A program made the position numbers and the translations under genes. The notes below the pieces were generated by a model. That model made no database searches. It saw nothing but the letters and a program-made list of their open reading frames with translations, and had not been told where the DNA came from. From Massalongia carnosa (Eukaryota), in NCBI GenBank assembly GCA_965645245.1, contig OZ287087.1, positions 930,001 through 994,000 on the forward strand: DNA of 64,000 nt. Reading direction: 5' to 3'. Shown here in pieces: positions 25,693-38,900 of this stretch. The first letter of the stretch is position 1; each line of letters opens with the position of its first letter.

Positions 25693-25752
25693 TGATTAGT
25701 AGAGACGTTGATCATTAAAACGGCCACCAAGGTGGGCTTCCGCGTTGGCGAT

Positions 25753-25824
25753 GATCAGATATTGGCCACCTCCGAGGAGGTGTTGATAGCCTGCACCACG
25801 TAGAGGTTTCTGACCCAGCAGGCC
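25753..25824 (-). ncRNA. HDV-like self-cleaving ribozyme (double pseudoknot)
   Basis: Minus strand: P1 GGCCUGC/GCAGGCU with G1.U wobble; P2 GGUCAGA/UCUGAUC; P3 ACC/GGU; L3 UCUACGU; P4 CACCUC-CUCG-GAGGUG; J4/2 GCCAA carrying the catalytic-position C. Confidence 0.85.
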
Positions 25825-26855
25825 GCTTCCTCGTGGGTCTGCCACTTGATAACGACGTCTCCTCGCTTGAAGTCTTTTGCGAAAAGGATCTGTCCCTTGG
25901 CCATATCATATGTGGCAGGCTTTTGCTGAAAAGCCTGTAGACATTGGGCTATGAAGATGACACATTTAGCATACGTGTCAGCTTTGTACAGATCTACCTT
26001 GATAACGTTTAGCCGAGCCTCAACCTTTTGATTGTTCTCTAGCTTCTTCTCGAGTATCTCTTCGCTGGACGGCAACCCGCTGCTGCGGCCCAAGTGAGAC
26101 AACGTTATTGGATCGGTATCAGCGAGAGGAAAACCGTCCTGCTCTTCTTGCTCCATGATGGCAAGCTGTCAGCTGAGGTGAGCCTCAGCTTTCTTTGCCA
26201 TGATGGTATCTATACAAGCTTGCATCTGCTCCTTGGTTAACGTTACTTCAGGAGAGGGAATGCTTTGGCTTGGTTTTGTTGGACCCGACGCCGTGCCGGT
26301 GTCTGGCCCGGTGTCCATCTGACTGTATACCACGATTCCAATGCCAGGATGTTGAGCCTCTGGCTCCAGTTCATACACCGATGTTGGGTCGCCTACGGAG
26401 CGACTTCGAAGAGTGTAAGAGGGCATATTATAGGATATATGTATGTCGTTGAGACGACAGAAGAGGGTAGAGTTCCCACTGGACCACTCGTCGTAATGGA
26501 TCATACAATATGTGAGAGTGACTCTGGACTGGGAGTAATTTAGTGGGTTAAAGGTGTCACGGTGCTAGGTCAAGTTGGTAATTCAGGATTGTCTAGCTAA
26601 GTGGACAAGACGTTCGACAAGGAGAAAAGAAACAGAAAATCAAATGTGGGCGAGTATAAGACAGACGAGTGGAACTAACGTATTTCACTGGGCAACGGGA
26701 CTAACTAAATTTCGCTTAATTTCTAAAGCCTACCTCTCACCCTTTTTACATACAAATTCGGCTTCAATATCTATTAGACATGAAATTGATATTTTATCTG
26801 CATGCAAAGGTGTCAGTAAGATTAAATTTATAGTTGTATAATAACAGCTTTATCT

Positions 26856-27521
26856 CGGGATAATAAAGAAGCACTTTGAGAATCAGTAGATCAACAAGTG
26901 GAAAGCATATCAAGCAAAACACACGTTATATCCCACGATCGCACAACAGGCGCCTATACACAGGAAAAGGCTTAACGCACACAAGTTACTAGACAAAGCG
27001 CAAAGCTCACTAGCAACACAGATAAGAACGGAAAAAATCGGACTGGCCAACTTTCTATATCGGCGCAAGGTCCCAGGTGTGAACTCGGCGGCATGTCCCT
27101 GCGGAAGCCTCTTGCAAACAGCCAAACATGTAATCATGTTCTGCAGACTGCACGAACACAGAACGCACATGCTACGAACGGCAGGCTCGTCAGACTACCG
27201 CAAGCTAATCACCGAACCCAAAGCTCTCAAAGTAGTAACCGCGTGGCTCATGCGCATAGGTATTTTAACACAGTATTCCATTGCCACGCAACTGCTTGAA
27301 CAGCAGCTGGGCAGTCTCTCTTCAGTTTGAAAAACAGGTATCGCAGATTTTCGAGATACACGAATCAATCCGCGGGAGCGGCGAACCCCCGATGAAGCGG
27401 ATACGCAGGAGTAGTTTTTCACCTTTGGGTTTTCTACTTATTACATAGCTTATATAGCATCTCCCGCATGGGCCGGCCTTCGGCCGGTGACACAACGGCG
27501 TAAGAATAATCAAATCAAATC
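26856..27521 (+). mobile_element. 5'-truncated Tad1 LINE insertion
   Basis: Exact 13-bp TSD AACAGCTTTATCT (26843-26855, 27522-27534); SSLATQIRTEKIGLANFL and CPCG...HVIMFC; (CAAAT)n tail. Confidence 0.92.
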
Positions 27522-27534
27522 AACAGCTTTATCT

Positions 27535-30500
27535 TCAACTTGTCGCGAAAATGACTACACTCGTACAAACAAACGCGCTCTCGAGAGCGCACAGCGAAAG
27601 GAGGGAATGTTTGCACGTAAAGATCAAGGAGTATCTTGATCGAGTGGGCACCGTTGGTGACCCGGAGGCGTTGCAGTTGCTGAGAAACTCAGCGGAAATT
27701 TTGCAAGCGCAAAATCTAGTCGATGACAAAGTTGCAGAAACTCCCAACAACATAGGTGACACATTACAGGCAATCCAACAATCATTGACACGCATAGAGC
27801 GCAATGAGACCACTCCTCGCAGCTATGCCGCTGCTGCCACAGGGCAAGGCCGAGATGAGCCCGCACCCCCAAAGAACCAAAACGTCAAGCCTCGACAGGC
27901 CCGCAAACACAAAGCACCCACACCAGGAGAAGCGCGACGTGCTCGGGAAATCACCGTTCACATCACGGAGGATGCGGACAAGGAAAAAATGAAGCTAATG
28001 CCAACCAAGGAGTTGGTAGAAACACTACAAAATGGAGCTGAAGGAATAAGGGGAGTGTCGCGTTTGTTAAACGGCGACATCAGGATTCACGCAGAGTCAT
28101 TGGAAGCAAAGAAGACCCTGCAGGAGAAGACCGATTGGATCCGCATGGTGGCCGTCTCAGCTGCGGTGCACACCCGCACCTTCACCGTAAGAGCGAATGG
28201 AATCAGGGTGGAAAACATCAAAGTGGCCAATCAATCAATAGCCATCACCTACCTTCAGGCCGCTAACGCACGCCTGCACCCTAACCTGAAGATCGTCAAA
28301 GTAGCCTGGTCAATCAAGGCCATCAGAGAAAAAAGCGTACTCGACGCTTCATATAGAGGTCGCCACCGCCGAGATGGCTAACCGGCTCATCACCGAGGGC
28401 CTAATGGAAAGCTACGAAATAAAGGACTGCGAGCGCTTCACACGTGGTTGCACCATGACTCAATGCTTCAACTGCCAAAAATACGGACACATCGGTAGAG
28501 CATGCCGCAATCCTGCCGCCTGTGGTCACTGCGCCGGTGGACATCAAAGCAAAGAATGCAATCTGGAGACAACGGGGCAATACCGCCGTTGCGCCGTATG
28601 TGGAGAGAAGGGACACGAAGCATGGTCCACAGCATGCAAAGTCAGATTAGCTGAAAAGCGAAAAACTGAAATAGCAATGCAAAACCGCGCCCCCCTCTAT
28701 GCAATCGAATCACAGCCGCCCTCATTTCAATTTCAACTTCAACGAGAGTCGACACCCGCAGTCACACAAACGGACGAAACTCCGTCAACGTGGAAGATAG
28801 TAAACGGCAAGAAAAGAAAAATACACAACGCTACGCCCTCATCCGGCACACCCCCGGGCCCTCATCGGGGAGACGACGCACCTACCTGGGCTAATATAGG
28901 CATCATGAATCCTGAAAATATGGTAAAGGCCTTAGCAAATCCAGTGCTGGGTAGGCCTCGTGCAGATTCCGTAGCATTAACGGCAGGAACTCAGGTCACA
29001 TCGAACACAGCGGCCGAAACGATGGAAATCCTATGAGGATCACAAAATCCCTCTCTACATTGCAGTATAATGTCAGAAATGACAGAGTGAGTAATATGAT
29101 ACCCCTCTTAGCAGACACAAACACCCAGGACTATGATATTATTGCAATACAGGAACCGTGGCGCAATCCATCCGCCCCCACATCGCTTAGTTCTCATCAA
29201 AGCGGCTTTCACCTCCTATACCGCCCAGGAGGTGACACCAGAGTGTGCTTTTATGTCAACGACCTAATAGACACTGACAGCTGGTAGGTGGAATTCACCT
29301 CGGCCGACATGTGCACTTTGAAAATAAAGACCTACACCGAAGGCGTTATGGAAACAATTCACGTCCATAATGTGTATAACCCCTCTCCCGCCTTCTATTC
29401 ATCCACTGACAGTCCCACGACCTTACCGGCGGCTCGGAGCATGCTTACCGCCGATGCGCATCACATACTACTTGGAGATTTCAACCTGCATCATCCCTTT
29501 TGGAATGGTCCCTCAAGACCCACACAACACGCTGCTGCTGATCAATTACTAGAAATAATCGATGATCATAATCTTTCGTTGACACTGCCGAAAGGTACCG
29601 TAACATGGGAAGCAAGAAACACGTCTAGCACGATAGATTTGGTTTTCATGTCAGAATACCTAGTCGAAAGACTCGAACACTGCATGTCTAGACCAGAATT
29701 GAATCAATCGTCCGATCACGTGCCGATATCAACCCGCATCTTACTCGGAAGCGAGCCCCAACCGAAAATCAAACGAAGAGCATGGAAACTTCTAAACCTG
29801 GAAAAATTAAGGGAGGCCGAACGACACGCCCCTATACTGGAGTCTCCTCGTACCACTGCCGAGATTGATGCGTACACGGAATCGATTCAAAAATTTCTAC
29901 AAAATGTCATCAACGAAGCAGTTCCATGGGCATAATCTAGCGAATATGCTAAGCCATTCTGGACAGAAGAATGCAGCATTGCCACCAAAGCCACACGGAA
30001 ACTACGCCGCATATGGTCTAGCACGTTAGACCTAACGGACTGGTCTAACTATATGAAATCTAATGATAAAAAACAGAAAATCATTCAAAAGGCAAAGAGA
30101 ACAAACTTTCGTCAAGAAATCAATAAGGCCACCGAAACGCCTGAGGGACTATGGCGGCTAGCGAAATGGGCCAAAGACAAAAGTCATCAATCTAGATAAG
30201 TATCCAAAATGCCGATGCTAAAATTCAATAACCAAGTAGCAGACACGTTTGACCAAAAAGCCGAAATACTGAAAGGTGTCTTCTTTCCCGCACCACCACC
30301 GGCCGACCTAAGCGACATAGAAAGATCCTTCTATCCTACATCGCCGCACTGCCCAATAATCATCACCAAGTCAGAAGTATCGACGGCCCTGAGTCAGCTC
30401 AAGTCCGATAAGGCACCGGGCCCAGACGGCATATCTAACAGAATACTCAAAGCATGCAGCGAAATACTTGTCGAACTACTAACACCTCTGTTTCAGGCGT

Positions 30501-32636
30501 GCGTCACACACTCGTACCACCCGTGGGCCTTCAATATGGCAAACACAATAGCGCTGAAAAAAATAGGCAAAGGAGACTATACCACTCCGAAAGCCTACCG
30601 ACCAATTACACTGCTCAACACGCTCAGTAAAGTTATGGAATCCATGATTGGATCGAAAATAACCTATCTGGCGGAAAAACACCCGCTCCTACCCGATACA
30701 CAGATGGGAGTAAGGAAGGGCAGATCCACAGAGTCAGCACTGGAACTGCTAACTGAACTGGTTCACACGATTTGGGGACAGGGAAAAGACAAAGTAGCCA
30801 CACTGCTAAGCATGGACGTCGCCGGCGCGTTCGATACGGTATCACATCAACGACTAACGCACAACCTACGGAAAAGAAAAATTTCAATATGGATCACCGA
30901 CTGGTTAAACAGCTTTCTGAGCGATCGAAGCACCACTTTAGCAATAAATCGAAAAGTCACCGGGCGGTTTGCGGTAAGAACGGGTATCCCGCAGGGCTCT
31001 CCCCTGTCATCCATTCTTTACCTATTTTACAATGCAGATCTATTGGAAATATGTGATCGACCAGGCAAAAACACAAGTGCCATAGGATTCGTAGACGACG
31101 CAATCATTTTTGCATATATAAAAAGCACCGAGGAAAACTGCAAAACTCTATAGGCAATACACAGACAATGTGAGACGTGGGCTTCCCGGCACGGGTCCGT
31201 AGTCGCTCTGACGAAGTACGAACTCATACACTTGTCCAGAAATCCCAAAAGATTCAACATGACTGCATCAATCAATATTGCTAGCACCGAAATTGAACCT
31301 AAAACGGACATCAGAGTATTGGGCCTACAAATCGACACCAAAATGAAATGGGGACCGCACGTTCGCAAAACGCAAGAGAAAATGGTCAAACAATCCATGG
31401 CATTGACAAAAATTTTCACATCAACCTGGGGTGCCACCTTCGCCAAGGCAAGGCAGGTTTACAGTGCCGTGGTGCGTCCGGCCATGACATATGGGTCAAC
31501 CGTATGGCACATGCCCAAAGAAGTCAAAAAGTCAAAAAGTCAAAAACGTCAACGAGCAAGCTCTCCGTCATGCAAAACAATTGCCTTCGCACCATAGCCG
31601 GTGCTTTTAAAGCCACTCCCATCTCAGTACTAGAAGCAGAGACATTCATAGCGCCCATAGACACGCATCTCGACATGCTACAAGCACAGGCAAGGCACTG
31701 CTCCGAGCCGGAGGCCAATTGAAGATCATCTCCTCCGCATGCAACAAAATAGCTGGCAAACTTCGAGGCAAGGCAGGTCGCAAACGACTTCAAAAGCCCA
31801 CCCCGGGAGAGCTGAAACACGTCTGGGCCAAAAGCCTACTGATCGACTCAAAAATAATTCAACCACCAAAGGCACACCAACAATGGTTCGAAGTCCACCC
31901 GGTGTGGTACCGCGAAGCTACCGTTGCGGCAACGGCCCGACACAAGCAGATGCAAACAATCAAAGCACGACAAATGAAGGTCTGGAACGACTCGTGGTGC
32001 GCATATCAAAATCGCGTCATCGAACCCTCCATAGCACAATCAGTCCCACTGAGCAAAAAACGGCTGAAAATACACACGTAGCTAAAAAAGGTAGAAAGCG
32101 CTCTAACAACTCAAATCCGCACTGGCAAGATCGGGTTAGCTGACTTCCTCTACAAGCGACAGGTGCCCTTCGTCACCTCACCGGCCTGCTCATGTGGCTA
32201 GCACAGACAAACTCCAGAACATGTAATCATGTTCTGCAGACTTATTGACAATAGAGAACAGATGTTTCGCGCCGCCGGCACGAGCGACTATCAGCAGCTG
32301 ACCAAATCATCAAAAACTCTGATGATACTAACTGCTTGGCTAATGAAAACAGGCTTATTGAATCAATTCTCACTAGCATCAAAATTATTGTAAAATCAAC
32401 AATAGTTGAACCTTTCTTTCTTTCTTCTCTTTTCACAAGGCATTACAGTTACCACACGTCTTTTGCACTGCGTCTCCCGCCCAACGTCGACCCGTAGTCA
32501 CATCGGACGGGTATCAAGGGATATGGTTTTTACACCTGTGAAAGGTTTTCCATGTAATATAACTTAGATAGCTTTGCCCGCATGGGCCGGCCTACGGCCG
32601 GTGTCATATCGGAGTATGAATACATCATCATCATCT
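27535..32636 (+). mobile_element. Full-length, lightly decayed Tad1-clade LINE (family C)
   Basis: ORF1 27551-29036 (one frameshift; CCHC knuckles); ORF2 29033-~32395 with APE (IQEPW, GDFNLHH, SDH), RT (GIPQGSPLS, GFVDD) and C-terminal knuckle; (CAT)n tail. Confidence 0.95.
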
Positions 32637-35352
32637 GCATGAAAATTCATCACATTTTACGTCGTTGACGTATAATACGACCCCGTCTAGTAGTTTGAAC
32701 CTTCTTCACCTCCTCTACTACCTCCATCTCTACCTCTACCCAACTACTCACCTTCACCTCCTCTACACCCTCTACCGCACTTACCTTCACCTCCTCCACC
32801 CCCACTACCTCTTCAGTAATTGTTCGAAGCATGTGAGGAGGTTGTAATCGTCTTTTAAAAGATGAAAGAGGCCTACTTATTGAACTAACTGGTGTTTTCT
32901 AAGGACTTTTCGTCGGAGATGCAATAGACGTTTGTCCTAGTAAATCAGGTCCAAATCGACACATTTCCCTGAAAGTTTTTATAAGGTCCTGCTCGGCTCG
33001 TTTTAGCTGAGCGGCATTCTTTTTGTTGTCTTTTACCGTTTGTTTATCTTTGGCCTATTGCTGTCTTTTTTGAACGTCTTTAAGGCTTAAAACTCGAGCC
33101 TTTCCTCAATAGTGAGCCCCGCTACGATTGACTCGATGTTGGCGCCGTACATTAGCCTTAAGAAGCTCGTTATTGGAGATACGTAGCAAAGTAGAGTCTG
33201 CGAAGGTAAATTTAGCGCCTTTTATCAATTTATTTAGCGCTCGGACGGGTATCGAGTCTGCTTCTTCATCATTCCGATCTCGACGAATCAGTTGATTTAT
33301 TTAATCGATATTTGCACGTGTCTTTTCAATTTCGTGAGAGTTTTGAAGGGTTGTCGGAGTGTTAAGATAAGAAGAAGAGGTAATATTCGTAGTAGTGATG
33401 ATAGTGATAGTGGTAGTAATACTATCAGTCTTTCGCAATACCGATTCTTTATTAGTGAGTTTTTGAAGAACTGATGACAGATTGTATAGTACTAATCCGG
33501 TTGCTCTCAATGCAATCAGCACGTTTTTTATATTGATTGCTTCTTTTCTCGATTTTTAAATGATCTTCAGAAAATCAATCTTGTCTATTCAATATACGTT
33601 GAATCTGGTGACGACCTCTAATTGTTTTATGTACTTCTATAATAAGGGCCCAAAAATACTCACGTCCAGAGGTTGCAACAAATGGGTAGTATATAGAGAC
33701 GAGATCGTGCCATCTCAGAACTGAGATTTTGGAACCGGTTTCCAGTTTTCACGATCGATACAATTCGTAAAAGGTTGTAAATTTAAAACTACGTCTGCAA
33801 TATAATACTATCTATTTAGTTTAATATTTGCACCATTGAAATCGAAAAATTGAAAACTTTTCTTAAATTTTCTAAAATTTACGATACTTGCGAAATTAGA
33901 GGAAAATGTCACACTTCATTACCCGGACGATAAGTTTTTGATAGCACAATAAATAAACTTGCTGTCTATTTTGGAATTGAATTCAATTTCTTAGTGATAT
34001 GATACTATATATCATCATAAACTTACAGTAAGATTCGTAGGAACATGAGTTATCATGTCATGTTGTGATCGCAGAATTACTTCCGGATATACAATATTAT
34101 CCGTTTCCACGTCATTTCGTTCCGGAAACAACACACATAATCGAGACACATCCGTAACTCGAGATAATGCCATATAGCTGACAATGAATAATAGGAGGCG
34201 CTGAAATATCGACTCCTGCCTTGTCCAATAATTAATCTTGCGACTTGTTGACGGTCATAGCAAAGCATAATCGTATCGGAAATGGTTTGCGACTTATGAT
34301 CCAGGGCAAATCTTCTTCCGTGGTATTATGAATACGCCGCGGAATGGGTTGGGTTGGGTTGGGTTGTCACGTAAAGAACACAACCCAATGATGGGTTGGG
34401 TTCGGGTTGGGTTGGGTTTGGGTTGGGTTTTTATTGGATTACCCAAATCACATGCTTAGTAATAGTAATCAATAACCTTGATTTATCAACGTGGCGATCG
34501 GCGTTAGTATCTTATGTATTCTCAACTATACTATCTACTTACCACCAGGCATACTCTTCCTGGTGGTTGGTTTTCTTATCGCACCAGTTCTGGCACCTGG
34601 TCCGGGTATTCCGTCGAGTGTTCGGTTTGGAATTCGCGCAGGTTTGCGAGTACGTTTGCGCGGAGTCTTCGGTGCCATATCTAAAAGCAAACAGGCAAGC
34701 AGGCAAGCAGACAGGTTATCAGTGGTCGCGCGTGGAAACTAGGTTAGGTTGGATATGGTTAGATTCAGTATGACTAGGTTGGGTTGGCTAGTTTAGGTTG
34801 AATATGTATGCATGCGTTGGATTTGGCTGAGTATTTAGAACATAAACGTAGTTATTAATGCTTTATCGCAGCATAATCTAGTCAATGAAGTTACATTCCT
34901 ACAGCTACATTCCTACTGCTACATCCTATATATACATTCCTATATATACAATCCTCGTCATTCGCAACATAGAGTAGCTCGCAGATGATAGATTCAGAGA
35001 TATACGACCTTCAAGTAGTGGGCAAACCCACCAGATGCTACGCATATGTGGCCGAGAAGAGTGAGGAATTTATGGAGTGGTGGCGAAGTACGAGATGGCA
35101 TTTTGCTAATGAAGAGAAGAGTAGAAAGGCGATGAAGAAGATCGATTGGGGATCGACCAAAAGAAAGGCGGCGGAATGGAAAGAGTTTCAGGAAGGCGCC
35201 ACTGTGGGCGATGGTAATCCCTAAATAATCTGCTCGCTGTTGAGTTAAATAGGTAGGTAATAGTATGTGTGGGAAGAATTGATTATTCTATCTAGGTGAC
35301 TATCTACTATGTTTATATAGCTAGATAGATGAGAGATGAATAAGATAGAGAG

Positions 35353-35837
35353 TGAAACGGGGAGACCTTCTCCCAGCAGGCATTCACTACTGGAAGCTGG
35401 GATCCACAGGGGCTACACAACGTGATGGTCGCAATAGAGGTACAAAACAGGTAGGGTCGGGTCAAAGGGTAGACTAAATGCTACCCTTTTGAAGTGCTTG
35501 ATCATTGATCTATATAGAATAGGACAATCCACAACCTAAGCTCTTCTTCCGTACCTTGCCCATACTACCTGGTATTTTCGGTCTCCGAAATACTTCGGTC
35601 ACCGAAAGACACAGGTAGATGAGACTAGGCAGGCGAGCTAGGGGAGGTGAGGCGAGGCGAGAGGATACTTCGTGTACTACGAAAACACCTCCATAATAAG
35701 TTAAGTCCCCACACTATGCCTAACTGGGTTAGGCGGGACCTTATTGTCTTGGTGGTTGTTTTGGCTGTACATATCCCACATAGCCACATAGGCCAGTCTT
35801 ACGTTCAACGAACGCATACTTGGCCTACACTATTACA
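35353..35837. mobile_element. Solo LTR family L3
   Basis: TGAAACG...ATTACA; exact TSD GAGAG. Confidence 0.93.
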
Positions 35838-35925
35838 GAGAGCAGGAACAGCGGCAGGGCAGGTTTGCCTTGAATCTCCCTGCCGTACCACCTCATTACC
35901 TAGCCGTGTGCGGATCACTTGAGAC

Positions 35926-38900
35926 TACGACGCGGAATGGGTTGGGTTGGGTTGGGTTACTAAAATGAGAACCCAACCCAATGGGTTTGGGTTGGGTTGG
36001 GTTATCGTTGGGTTACCCAACAGAAAAGGGTACTGATATATGGACACCCCATCCGCTACCTAGACACACCCTCTCCGGCTACCTAGACACACCCCTTCCG
36101 GATTTTCAATTATTGTAGATTTATTTTAAAGACTATCACAAAGTAAAATGTAGATTATAGATAAAACATTTATTACGTTGACGTCGAACTACCATAAAGA
36201 TTATCACAAATTCATATGCTATCTTCTATCGAATATCGAAGTATGTCGCCCATTCATCGCTTCCTATTCAAAACTCGTAAAGAACGTCTCTCGCCATCTC
36301 TTCCTTTACTTTCCACCTTCTTGTCATCCCCACCCTCTCCACCCCCCTCCTCTACCTCATCCTCTACTACACACTCCTCCTCCTCCTCCTCCTCCTCCAC
36401 CTTATCCACTACACCCTCGTCCTCCTCCTCCTCCTCCTCCAACTCATCCACCACACTCTCCTCTATCATACCCTCCTTCACCTCCTCGCTTGATGGAAGC
36501 CTCCCCCTTCTTTTGCGCGTTGCAATCCTCTTATTCCTATCGCGTTGCTCGGAAATGGAGTTTCTGTTATTGTAAGTTCGTTTCTTACTTTTCTGTAGAA
36601 TAATTAGCTCAAGAAGACACGAAAGTAAGTGACTCGATACTTATATCTCGCGCTGAGACCTGCGCAACCTGCGATGACCCGATCTGCGTTAACTGGTCCT
36701 CGTCATTGTTATCGTCTTCTTCATCACTAATGTAGACCTTCTGAAAAACCTGTGTTAGGTCTTCATGTCGCCTTTGCATCTCTTTAGTCAAATCCTCAAG
36801 ACTCATGCTTTCTTCTTCTTCCAAATCTACGTGTAAACTTGCATCTGCATTCTCCTTCTGATCGTAGAAACGAACCGTCATCATCGCGGAGAATGTATCC
36901 GGATGAAAATCCTTGCGATGATCCTAAAGGGCTCCCGCAACGCTAAAAACGCACTCACATCCAACGCCAGCGGCTGGTACAGCAAGGATGTCCCTGGCAA
37001 CCATACTCATTTGTGGAAATTCCGGCTCGAGATCATTCTACTGTTGTAGAATAGGACCCGAACAATCATGCATCGCTGTGTATTGTAAATAAGTTGAACA
37101 CAATAAGAAAAGACCTGATTTATTGTATCAGTTAACCTACCTCGCTGATGATAGCAGTTGAACTCGTAATCTAGAGCGAGCGGAGTAGCATTATTCGTGC
37201 TCAAAAGAAGATCCAGATTATTCAAGTCTCGAATGGCCGCGACGTTACGCCCGCGTACTTGTGAGGTTTGAGAATTCTCGTAGATATCGAATTCCGCTTC
37301 CAGAGATTGCCAATATTGATCTTCCCATCGACTTTCCCTATAGGGTGCATCCCAATTGGGACCCTTGAAAATTAGGTCCTTCTTATTGGGAGATAGCAAT
37401 GCCGCCTTTCCATAGATAACCTAATGACCCCTGAGTTTTAGAATAGTATTGACGTAATTTCGTTGCAGCCGCCTCGATGCCATTCAATAGCGCACGTTTC
37501 TACGATACTCGCTTACGAGATAATCTTGCGCGAGCTTGATTCAGATGATCGAACAGTTTATTATAGATCTCGAACACCTGATGAATGGTCGGTTGCTTTA
37601 ATTAACCAATCATCTTTGTGAAGATGCAGAATAGCTGCGTTAAATCGATAAGATATTCTATCTGTGACCATTCCACGTCGAGCAATCTCAAATACTCGGC
37701 TTCATGTTTATCATGATATCTATTCAGCGCTTGTCGCAACTTGAGCGCTCGAATTAACGTGTGACATGTGGAGTCCCATCGAGTATTTACATCTTGAAAA
37801 AGCTTAAGTGCTGTACCGCTGACCGAGTTTCCAGTGCGTCTCTCTTCGTCATTCAATGCTCGTTGAACAGCGTAGAAGTTCTCCTTACGTAAATTGCTAC
37901 TATTAATGTAAACAGCTAATGCTCGAACCTAATCGAAATTTAGAACGACTACCACAACGACTACCACAAAATGAATCTTGCCTTAGCTAGCGTAAGGAGA
38001 ACTCCAGGTGTCGGGTTTTCGAAATCCCGTCTATCTTGCTTATCATCCCAGCTAGTTTTGAAATCGGCATTTTTGGGATTAATGTGAATACACCCAAGTA
38101 GCTGTTTCACGGCAAGTTGAATTTCATGCAATAAACAAGGCACTCGCTGTATCTCATTAGTATCAGTATGTAGAAGTGCCAAGGCTCGATTGCTTCGTAT
38201 CATTCGTCGCAACTCATCTACTATCGTTGTGTTATTAGATCCACTGTCCGTGGTTAATGCCAAAACACGATCTTCAATAGAATGTCTAATTAAAACGCTG
38301 TTCAATACTTCAGCAAGTTTTATACCCGTGTGTGAGCCTTTAACGTGTTCGAAGGCAAGAAGCACTTCGTGATAATTCCCACAGTGGGTGTCAAAAGTTT
38401 TTAGCTAATGAGGGTAGGATTTTTAAGCGAAAATCCCCCATGTGGATGAACATTTTTTTAGATTTCCTCCCCAATCAACCATGGCACCATCTACTCCACC
38501 ACCACAGGCCAAAATATCCCTTGATGCTGATACTATCAGAAAAACCCACTTTTTTCATGCTATTGATCATCGGCCGGAAAATGTCACTATCAAAGATGTC
38601 TGCGAGCAGGAGAGCATCAAGCTCGATCAAGGAAAATATTGGCTAAAGCAACGCCAGCGTCTTGAAGACGTCGCCTATCGACGACGTTCTCGTAGCGGTC
38701 GGCCTAAAAAAGTAAGCACTCAGTTGATAAATCAGATGCTGAATCCACATAAAAATAGCGTTCGCGATCAGCCGTACACCGTACAATTAGAGCACTTTCA
38801 TATAGATGCAACTCGACGTACACTGCAAAGAGCATTCAGTTCTCGCAAACCTCGTGCCGCTCGATTTAAAAAAGCGAATGTGAAAACGCTCAGTCAGAAA

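Larger units (their letters stand above)
25193..25824 (-). mobile_element. Non-coding, non-LTR retroposon (SINE-like, ~632 bp) headed by an HDV-like ribozyme
   Basis: 14-bp TSD GCTTCCTCGTG(T/G)GT (25179-25192, 25825-25838); A-rich 3' tail TAATGAATAAATAATAAAA; internal 58-59 bp repeats; no credible ORF. Confidence 0.88.
24340..26677 (-). mobile_element. Gypsy-type remnant: partial 5' LTR (26555-26677) and gag with CCHC knuckle, split by a retroposon
   Basis: CYNCGDYGHMAKTC; removing 25193-25838 restores one frame (KWQTHEEA|VGLDNITWETYVTWLRDD); LTR piece shares TTGTCGAACGTCTTG with L1. Confidence 0.8.
26678..33699 (-). mobile_element. pogo/Fot1 3' half (same family as 13348-16142) hosting two LINE insertions in its 3' UTR
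   Basis: TIR ACGTATTTCACTGGGCAACGGGA after TA at 26676-26677; 32640-33699 is reverse-complement homologous to ~15093-16140. Confidence 0.8.

Noticed and set aside
27551..29036. Effector gene derived from LINE ORF1 (AVRk1/AVRa10-like)
   Set aside because: ORF1 sits in a complete LINE and is frameshifted; no signal peptide or sign of domestication is visible
34346..34430. Telomere-like (GGGTT)n runs, also near 35940, 41130 and 44200
   Set aside because: They are subterminal repeats inside hAT TIRs, not TTAGGG arrays
36178..36603. Pro/Ser-rich and Glu-rich ORFs (also 43720-43914 and 53187-53381)
   Set aside because: Low-complexity (GAG)n tracts within or beside transposons; no evidence for independent genes
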